From positions 62,001 to 126,000 of the forward strand of contig NW_027192222.1 of NCBI RefSeq assembly GCF_041956535.1: a stretch of DNA of 64,000 bases, given 5' to 3'. Below, piece after piece: positions 52,457 to 64,000 of the stretch. This DNA comes from Calcarisporiella thermophila CBS 279.70. Its lineage: Eukaryota > Fungi > Calcarisporiellomycota. The notes below the pieces were generated by a model. The model was not told the DNA's origin and made no database searches. It was given only the letters and a program-made list of their open reading frames with translations. How positions within the stretch are numbered: position 1 is the first letter of the stretch; every line of letters starts with the position of its first letter. Made by a program: the position numbers and the translations under genes.

Positions 52457-53244
52457 ACCAAATTCTCCCGGCTACGTGGAAAACTAAGTCCTCCTACACC
52501 CTTTGTTAATAACTCAAGACCCTTTGGTAAAGTTATTTTTGGAAATGACACCTGAATGTTCACAAAAAAAACCCAATTAATTAAATGCGTTCGTAACGAT
52601 TTTTACGATGTCCAATTCAGGGTAACTTTTCAATAAATACTCCAATATCCGCGATGATATTGACAAGCCAGCTAAGAACAAATTATCATCTTTATTTTAT
52701 ATGGGTGATATGTATAGAATATGCCGTGTCGATTTGATTAGTGTCATTCAATTTGAAATTAACTAACACTATTTGATTATAGCAAATAAATGAGCAAGCT
52801 TTTGCTCATTCTAAAGGCTGCATATGCCAAGATTGGCCGTTTTCCATCTTGATCCATGACCTAGTTGATGTCAATGCTAACCTTTAATCCATCATTTTTC
52901 ATTAATAAAACAAGCAGTTGAGGGCAGGTATTCTTGGAATAGAGAGAAAGATGTTCGTGTCAAGCCACAAGGCGGGAATTGTAAATTTTTCGAATTCCGT
53001 CCATGCTTGGTAGTTTTCATATGAAAAAGATCGCCTCTAAGGTTTTCTATTTAATCTCAGAACCCGATGGTCTCCTAATAGTTTACAAGAGAGAGGTAAT
53101 GTTCCGGAGCATTTGTAATCCGTAAGACGAACTTAAAATCTTGGGATTGAGAAGATCGGGAAACTATACTGCCAGTGTCATAAGCAATTCGAACAGATTC
53201 TCCGAATCATTTAAGACTGGGTGAAGCGTGGCTTCAAGTCAACT

Positions 53245-53475
53245 GAAGGTAATTTTACTAGATCAGCGGTCATATAGCTGCGAGGTTGTTAGGAGGACAA
53301 AACTTTATTTCCAATTCATCAACCTAGCATACTTTAGCTATTAGAAGAATCCAGCATTCTAAGGAAAGTCCCCTATTTTCATCCCTCTCTCCATACGGCA
53401 GTATAATATCTTTTACATCCTCCATCACTACCTCGGCGCGGCGATTCATTAAATCGAAAGCACGCCTTACATTTG
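53245..53475 (-). pseudogene. Duplicated, decayed THG1 fragment
   Basis: Matches 48360-48595, including the intron and the ..ctctctccatacg..catcctccatcact..cgattcattaaatcga exon. Confidence 0.85.
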
Positions 53476-54028
53476 CTATGTTCTATCCACAATGTGGTCA
53501 CTTTTATATTGCTTAGTTTGCAGTATCTGAGTCGGCTTACCCACATTGGAGCAGAATGAAGCTGTAATTCAACATTATAAAGTATCAATGATTGAACAAG
53601 CTTCTTCTAGACTAAACTCTACATTTATAACCGCGTATTTAGTCTCTTCATCTCCATTCCAATATCATATTGATGACTTTTCTTTCTTTTTATAATTTTC
53701 CTTAAGCCAGAGAGACATTACACCGTTCTGGAAATATGATGAATTATAGAATTGGCTTATAATTTCTGGTATTTTGGTTCCAGCATTGAATTCTTCGTCA
53801 TAGACCAGGACTAATTCATATTACGCCTGATGACTCTAAATTTATGCTTTTAGTCGGATTACTCGCACATGCCTTGTTTTTCCAACTTTCACACCACCTT
53901 CTTGCTATGTTATGCAAGATGGCTCTCCTATGGCCGTGTAGTACCTCCATTTTGTCAACTAACTTATCGTGTATATGTAGCTTACATGGTCAACTATGTA
54001 AACACTCTGTTGAACCTCCCATTTCCTT

Positions 54029-56903
54029 ATGAACTTCAACACTTTGTCACAAATTAATATTACGAGGCATCCCATTTCTGAAAAATGTCCATACGTGGAT
54101 ATTGGAACTGAGCGGTATAAACTATGGAAGGATATAGTTGACTCTGTAGTACGTCCAGTAGAGCAGAATAAGAAGGTATGGTCGACCCTTTAGTTCGTAA
54201 TAGGATCAAGGGTTTCCGCCTCCATATTTCATAGTAATATTTTTTTTTTCATACCTCCCTGACTCAATGCATTGCGCTTAGGATGTGGTAGCCAATGTTT
54301 TTTGCGTCGAATATATCCGACACGAATCATTAGTGGATTACCCAGAAGCCCTCAAAAAGTTGGATGAAGTCGTCTGGGTAGAAGCCAAGAAAATTAAAAT
54401 CGTTGCACTGTGCGGTGAAGAAGGAGCTGGGAAATTGCAGGTGGCCCTAGAATTCTGCCACCGTGTAAAAGACGATTTTAAATATATATTTTGGATGGAA
54501 GCATCCACGGAAACGGTCTTGCTGAATAGTTTCAGAAACGCCGCAAAGTCGATTGGACTTTTGCACCCTTCCTCGGATCTCAAGACTGTAGTGCTTCGGG
54601 TGAGACTATGGATGCAGAAAAATGCAGGATGGTTGCTTATATTCAACGATACTGACGACTTTACCCTTGGTAAAAGCTCCAATACTTACCTGCAAGACAA
54701 CTACTTCCCCAAAGAAGGGCAAGGAGTCATACTGTTAACCACACGACAGGGCAATCTAGGAGAGAACATCATATCCATTGGGTTAGATGATTTGGGAAAT
54801 CAGATGAATGATGCTGCTGCACTAGAATTACTACTCAGGAAGAAAGTGGGCGTCTCCGACAATCCTGAAGCACTATGCCTCGTAAGAGAGCTAGAGCATC
54901 TTCCCCTGGCACTCGACATTGTCGGGGGATATATGAAGGAATATGAAATTCCTCTTGAAGAATTCCTTACACTTCGTAGGGAAGGTGTGGAAGGCCTGTG
55001 CAAATTTAACCATTTGTTCTCCAACGAGCTCCACGAGATAACCAAAACCTCATTTGGGAAATTGATCTTATTTATATGGAGGGACATGCTGAATCGCCTT
55101 CGAAACGAATGTAGCTTCAGCAGTCTGATTACAGTGAAAACCATTCAATTTATCGCATTACTCTATCCGGAAAGAATACTATTGAGCTTATTCAAAAGCC
55201 AGGCCAGAACTCTTTTTGGAGAAGCTTGTAAACAATACTCAAGGATAGACAAATTTACAATTGATAGTTACTTAGAAGTTGCTATCGACAAACTCCAAAG
55301 ACTCTCCTTTATTCGACCATTAATATTGGATTATATCCCGGAATTTTATTCGGGAAGAGCACTATGCATTCAACGACTAGTTCAAAAAGCGGTTCTTTTT
55401 AGTATGAGCTTAGAGGAGAAACTTCAACGATGTGAAAAGCTAGTCACTGCTTTGAAAGAAGAAGCTCGTATATGTGCTGATTCAGCTGAGGGAAATAATC
55501 GCGAGCTTATTGAATTGTATATTCCACATATTCAGCATTTGGCACAGCAATTCGATAAATGTATGCAAGTAGAGAAGCACAGAGAAGGCAAGAGACAAAG
55601 CTGCTCGGTCGAGATATCTTCATTGCTTTCGCCCGCAGTGATCTCCCTTTCGAGAAGAAGACAATTCGAGGAAGCTGAGGAACTCGCTAAACTTGCTCTA
55701 TTGAGTTCAAGCATCGCCAACGGTGCTGAGCATCGGGTTACGGCGAAGGCTGAGAACGATCTCTTATTGATGTTTTCAATGAAAAGGGATTTCGATACTG
55801 CAAGATCCCATGGAGAAGAAGCATTTAAGATTCGTAAATCACTTCTTGGCCTTAATGACAAACAAACTCTTTTTTCCATTCACTATCTGGCACTAATTTA
55901 CACCCAGCTTGGCGAGATCAATGAAGCAGCGAGAATTTACAGGGAGGCTGCTAAAGCACTCGATTTCACAGCTATAGAAGCGCTGGGTTTTACTTTCGAT
56001 CATCTTCTATCTCATAAAGAGGTGGACGGTTGGTTGCAACGATGGCGGAGAGAAAAGTCGAAAAACGGGGCTAAGATCAAATATGACAAGTTGAACCTAT
56101 CACCTCTTCACCAAGCCATTCAGGATAACGACTTCCATATTATAAAGAGTTTCGCAGACTATTTTAAACCCTTCGCAAATGCATGCGATAATGATGGCCT
56201 TACGCCAATTCATTACGCATCAATTGCGGGGCAGGTTAGGATTGCTAGATTCATTATAGATTTAGGTGGGAATGCAGAAGTATTTGACAAATTTATGGGG
56301 ACACCTCTGCATTTGGCAGCGATGCAAGGCCATGATGAGATTGTGGAGTTTTGGGTGAGGAACAAAGCCGATGTGAATGCTAGGAACAAGGACGGATATA
56401 CTCCATTGCATTGCGCTGCAAAATGTGGCCATATCCAGGCTGCAAAGAGGCTGGTGGGGAATAATGCAGATGTGAATGCAAGAAATGATGGTGGATGGAC
56501 CCCGTAACACTTTGCTGCAACGTCTGAGTCTGATGAATTGGTGAAATTACTTGTAGAAAATGGTGCAGAAGTGGATGCAAAGCACTTTGAAGACAAAACA
56601 CCGCTACACTATGCAGCGTCATTAAAAAATATTCAATCGGCGAAAGTGTTAGTGGAAAATGGTGCTGATATAAATACGCAAGACGAAAGCGGATGGACGC
56701 CATTGCATTATGCTGCAGCGAATGGAATTGCCGAAATGGTTTATCTGCTTTTGAGGAAAGGAGCAAATTTGAATATTGAGGATGATGTAGGGTATAGGCC
56801 GCAGGAAATCGCGGAGACGCGAGGAAAATGGATGGTAGGAATAATGTGCAAATATTACTTAAACTATGGTGAACTCGTTGAACCACCTTACCCCAGCAGC
56901 TGA
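54029..56903 (+). CDS. NB-ARC-TPR-ankyrin NLR-like gene (copy 2) with a premature TAA at 56505-56507 in the ankyrin array
   Basis: Exon 1 54029-54175 and intact GT-AG intron to 54281; open frame to 56507; ankyrin repeats continue in frame to 56903. Confidence 0.8.
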
Positions 56904-59322
56904 GAAGATTAAGCTGTCCTACTTACCTCTTTTATAATCGAGCGCCCTTTACAAAATTTTTCCGGAATGAAAACGAGATATTCGCATGTGTCCAAGTAAT
57001 GTAAAACGTTCGAAACGATTTTTACGATTTCTAATTCATAGTAGCTTTTCTACAAGTACTATTAAATGCGCGATGTTATCGACGAGCCATCTAAAAACAA
57101 TAGTAAACCTTACTTTCTGTGTAGGAATATATATAGAAATTGCCTTATTGATTCGATGGCGATATAATATTATTTGAAATTCACTACAATTTTTCAAGGC
57201 AAATACATGGTCTAGATTTTGTTCACCTCAAAGGTTGCATTTACCTAGAGTAGCATTCCGACGTGTTTTTCCATGAACGATTTGATGTCAATACTAGCAT
57301 CATCATAAAATCCACCTAATTATATTTAATATAGTAATATAAACTAATATATATTTTTATTTTTCTTGGAATAGAATGAAATATGTTTGTGTCAAGGCAG
57401 TAATTGTAAATCTTTTGAATTCCATTTAGGCTTGGCTATTTTTTTATGAAAGAGATCTTGCTCTAAGGTTTCTTATTTAATCTCGGAACTCGATGGTCTC
57501 TTGAGAGTTTACAAGAGGAAGCCATTCATTTGGAGCATTTTTAATATGAAAGAACTTAAAATCTCGGCATCGGAATGACCGGAAACAATACTACCAGTGT
57601 TATAAGCAATTTGGAAATGGGTTCTCCAAGCCAACTGAATTTGGTTGCAAATGCTGTTTGTGACGTCATTCTCAAGCAATTTTCATTTTCACCTACATCA
57701 CGAAATTCTCTACTACATCAATACTGTACGGGGGATCAGAGGGCTTCTCGACTGGATTATTTTGATAATTTTTCGCTATAACCACTATAATCCTAATAAA
57801 GCCAGATCTCATTCTGATAAAAATAATTCACTCAATTTCGACACGCAATAAAGCTATACTGTCAGCTTAGATATATGTACTTGCGCCTTATCTGCTCTAA
57901 ATCAATACATTTCAATGAAAAAGGACAAGGAAGCGATATTGCATAATACGTAGTAGGATATAGCAGGAGGTCGCAAATAGACGCCAGCTGCAAACGGAAA
58001 TTGACTTCATATCCATATTTGGCATCCCAAAGAATTTGCCGTAGAAATCACAGATTCAAAGTAACGCTAAATTATTTTCTGGAGTTTGCCCAGGTCTCAA
58101 AAAAATTATTCAGGTGATTTTTGATCGGTAGGTTTCGACAGCCAACACCACGAAGATCCGTTCGGGAAATATCCGATTAGAGCAGAGCGCTATACGCCTT
58201 GTAAACCTCAGAGGCGATGATGGTAAAGCATCGTATTTTGAAGCCTGACAAAGATATTGGTATGGAATTCAAAGCACTAGGCCAAAGAGACTTAGCAGCA
58301 ATATGGTTCTTGTGGTTTTCTTTCTTCCTCAGAAGCCAAGTTACCCGTCAACTTGAAAAAGGATATCGAAACGAACAGGGGTGAATAAAATTGGAAAGGG
58401 AAAAATTCGATTCACGGGAAAAAAAATGTACATACAAATTAGGCCTATAAGACTGCTCGTTCTAGCGCCAGTTTCTATACTGGCGTCGGGCGAGGCTACG
58501 GAATAAGTCGCCTGGATAACTTGCAATGCTGTGCCAAGTCTATACCCTGACAGTATATAAACAGTGAAACCACTTTTTCGGGCAAAGGAGCAACACTTGA
58601 AATTTGGCTCGAAAAGGTTCTTTCATCCGGTGAATCCAGGTCTGAGCTTGGCCTATTTTTTGTGCGACGCGAAAATGACGCGTAAGCAACTAAACATAAG
58701 TGAGCAGTTATCTAAATGCAGTGCATCATCGCGGAAAAAAACTAGTGAGGACGTGAGGAGGAAGGATTGTATAGAGGTCGGGTTTTCGCTTAAAGGACGA
58801 GTTCGTCCTCTTCATTGTGGTTGAGAGTTGTGCTATCAACTTAATTGCCTTATTTTTCATATCGAACCCTCCTGTGAAGGCACACCTTCAGCGAAATCAG
58901 ATTACCGATCCACTTCCGACAGAGAAAAATGCGCCGTCTTTTTAAAGTCCCCTGGTAGAATATTTACACTCGAGCTGAATCTCGGATCTGCTCGCACAGA
59001 TTCTCTTGCGCCCTGCTCAGACACGGTCCGATAACCTATCCTATGTCTCTACTCTACATGTCTAGTCGATGAATACGCAGTTTGTTAGATAAACTTATCA
59101 ATATTTAAATGAGCTCGTCCCGTATTTTTTTCTTTAGAAATTACAATCTTTTTGCCAATATCGCAATTTTTGTGTCGGAACTCTCCATCACACTAAGGTA
59201 AAGAGTGTTAAGATAATTTCTGGATAGAGCTACTGAGTGCCCTAACCTACATATCCGCACACATGCGCTGTATCTAGTCCAGAATTTAATTGCAGTCAGC
59301 TTTTCGATTTACACCGGTGATC

Positions 59323-59562
59323 ATGAAAATTTCACGCTATATTTTGGCTCTGGGATGTACTCTATCCCTTGCTAGTGGTATCATGGCACAGTGGACCTCT
59401 ACCTGCAGAACAATCACAACCAACACATATATTAGTACCTGCCCTACTCCATCCACTCTAATTGCGACCATTTGCACGCGCACGTCCACCATTATACAAA
59501 CCTGGACAAATGGTGCACAAGTGATCTACACTCCGGGAGGATGCACGCCAACCCTTAAGTGA
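59323..59562 (+). CDS. Small secreted Thr/Cys-rich peptide (79 aa)
   Basis: Signal peptide MKISRYILALGCTLSLASGIMA; mature part of about 57 aa with 4 Cys and many Thr. Confidence 0.65.
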   Translation: MKISRYILALGCTLSLASGIMAQWTSTCRTITTNTYISTCPTPSTLIATICTRTSTIIQTWTNGAQVIYTPGGCTPTLK

Positions 59563-60364
59563 TATATTTAGACATGTCTGTATTGCTTGCGATGTACTGT
59601 ATCCCTTGAAATAATGGGAAGCTTTAGCCCCTCTGCTTTTATAAAGTCCAGTTTTTTTATTTCTGTGTAAACAATTAATATCGAGGTTTGATCCTCTCTC
59701 GATATAGCCATCATCTGCTATGACTATTCTTTCCAAACCTTGGGTTATCTACAAAAGCTTCTCCGTGGACTAATGTTTAAATGCACTTAAAAATCAAAAT
59801 TGAACACTACGGCAGTTAATGTAGTTTTTGAAACTTTACTATGTACCTCAAAACGAACGAATGGTAGATGTTAAGGGTATTTTCTAGCTTGCAATTAACT
59901 TCGGCTTATATTGCCCCTTGGAAATTGGCTTACTTTTTAGCAAACTTACATTGTTAAAATTCCCATGCTGTCCATTGAGGGTCATCGAAATTTGGTTGTT
60001 CAGTTGTTGCTAGACTCCAAGTATACAGCGAAATCAAAAGGGAGTGAATAACGGGGGACGGAGGGTCGCTTGTTCCAGGAGCTTGGCTATCTAGTCACGC
60101 GACCACTGGTGCGGTTACTTCGCTGAATCTTATAATGAGATTTATATCGAACCTCTATGTCCGCATTCAATTCCGTCTTATTAACGAATATGGTCGTTTT
60201 CCCCAGTTGAACTTGTGATTCGTAACTTTTAATTGAAGCCTATGTGACTGTGAATCGCTTCCACTTAGGCATGAATGGGAATTAAATTGCCAAGACTCCT
60301 ATTTTGCGTTTCTTTTTCTTATATCCCTTCAACCACTGGTGAGTCTACATTTTGGATATTCGTC

Positions 60365-62907
<2,543 letters not shown>

Positions 62908-63327
62908 CGGTTGTTGAACATGGAGTGGCCTAATTGAGTAGCTTCTTTGCTGTGTTGTTTACACAGGTCTATTTCATTTGGTCGGGGATCCTAGCACACA
63001 ATTTGTTTTTATTGTTCGATTGAATACCGGCGCACATAGGAATTACAGGCATGCAGCCCACGAACCGCGAAAGCCATGCACGTGTGCACTGGTGTCTAGC
63101 GTGTTTTTGGTCGGTTTTGGGCCGCCGTGGGTGGATGCATCTTTATTTTTCGTGGCACCCGTTGATTTCAGGATTATTTAGGAAAACCTTGTTACTGTAA
63201 ATTACAAGACCCGAAAACTAGGGGAAACAACAAAATAACCCATTTCAAGCCACAAAAGTTAATATCGGACCGTATTCTTTGGTATTAAAATATTGAGTTT
63301 ATTCGTTGGGAAGTCGATAAGAACACA

Positions 63328-64000
63328 ATGGATGATGCATTATTGGCCAAACTCAATAATGCCCATTTGGACGACAATGACGATATCCGCGACGAATCAG
63401 GTTCCGATGTCTCGGATAATGAGCTAGATGAGGACTCGACCCAGCCCGTGGGCAGTGTCGATGAAGTTAGTTGAATATCCCATATCTCCATTTGTTGCGA
63501 TGACTGATTGATTATTCTCGCTCGGTTAATCCAGCCGTTCCCCTTAGACTCTGGGCGCCACAACACCGGCCCGAAAGGCGTGCTTGCCGATCATGCCCAG
63601 CATCAGCGCCAGGCTCGGGCCGCCCGGAAGCAGGCCCTCAACGAGCACAATGCTCGAGCTCTAACTCATGCCCTCACCACCACCACTTACCTCGAGGACG
63701 AGGCAGCCGCCAGGCAGGAAAATGGGGATGACCGAGAGCTTATTATCGAAGGGCTGGATGAGGAGCAGGCAGCCCTCGAGCGGTATCGCAGGAGCCGAAT
63801 GGAGGAGATGCGAAAGAAGGTGCGGCGATTTGGAAGTTTGCGCCAAATCCGATCGGATCAGTATGTGGAGTCTGTGGATGCAGAGGATGCCGAGGTCTCG
63901 GTGGTGGTGCATATATTCGATAATGTGGGTACTTCATGACGGTGGATGAAGTCTTGATTATTAACCGCTTCTTGTTTCTCTCGAAACTACAGATGATACC
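63328..64000 (+). CDS. Phosducin-like protein (PhLP1 type), runs off the window end
   Basis: NTGPKGVLAD motif, L..YR..RM.EM, FG.L..I..DQYV..VD....V.VVVHIFD thioredoxin-like start. Confidence 0.85.

Larger units (their letters stand above)
48355..57630. repeat. Tandem segmental duplication (unit 1 ~48355-53200, unit 2 ~53240-57630)
   Basis: Collinear similarity in the THG1 segment, upstream non-coding DNA, the NLR-like gene and the 3' flank (53010-53200 vs 57430-57630); boundaries approximate. Confidence 0.85.

Noticed and set aside
52789-52810. Short inverted repeat aatgagcaa/ttgctcatt
   Set aside because: Only 9 bp in AT-rich DNA and not preserved in the duplicated unit.
50192-56507. In-frame stops in the NLR-like genes as read-through or A-to-I editing sites
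   Set aside because: They align to W, E, E and L in the other copy, use all three stop codons, and accompany a frameshift and a lost splice donor; ordinary decay fits better.
57900-59050. Possible decayed coding sequence
   Set aside because: No recognisable motif or consistent frame by eye.
59940-60025. Ankyrin-like relic (EGHRNLVVQLLLD)
   Set aside because: Too short and without an open flanking frame to support a call.

Overview
Gene-dense, intron-containing fungal DNA. Gene content (GT49, FLC/TRP, Csm1, Crinkler-type and NLR-like genes) and short GT-AG introns suggest an early-diverging fungus such as Mucoromycota; this is inference. About 22 conserved genes (NUDT21, ZNF830-like, two MFS, GT49, PDK-like, SF3B2, Csm1-like, cyclin B, MSS1, MIC19, ADCK2/CQD1, dephospho-CoA kinase, PLA2c, FLC/TRP, GUT1, THG1, PRP43-like, phosducin-like) flank two AT-rich accessory islands. 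Island 1 (~26.5-38 kb) holds a decayed ATPase-nuclease (Crinkler-like) gene joined to a Ty3/gypsy remnant, two stacked non-LTR retrotransposon insertions just upstream of tRNA-Val(AAC), a subtilase and a transcription factor with a broken zinc cluster. Island 2 (~48.3-60 kb) is a tandem duplication of an NB-ARC-TPR-ankyrin NLR-like gene carrying a THG1 fragment, plus a small secreted Cys/Thr-rich peptide. The strongest candidate novel system is an L1-like element that hit the same site 72-75 bp upstream of a tRNA gene twice, with nested target-site duplications, an ORF1-only non-autonomous form and a covarying 3' RNA structure, resembling Dictyostelium TRE5-type tRNA-gene targeting. All family assignments come from motif recognition by eye; no searches were run.
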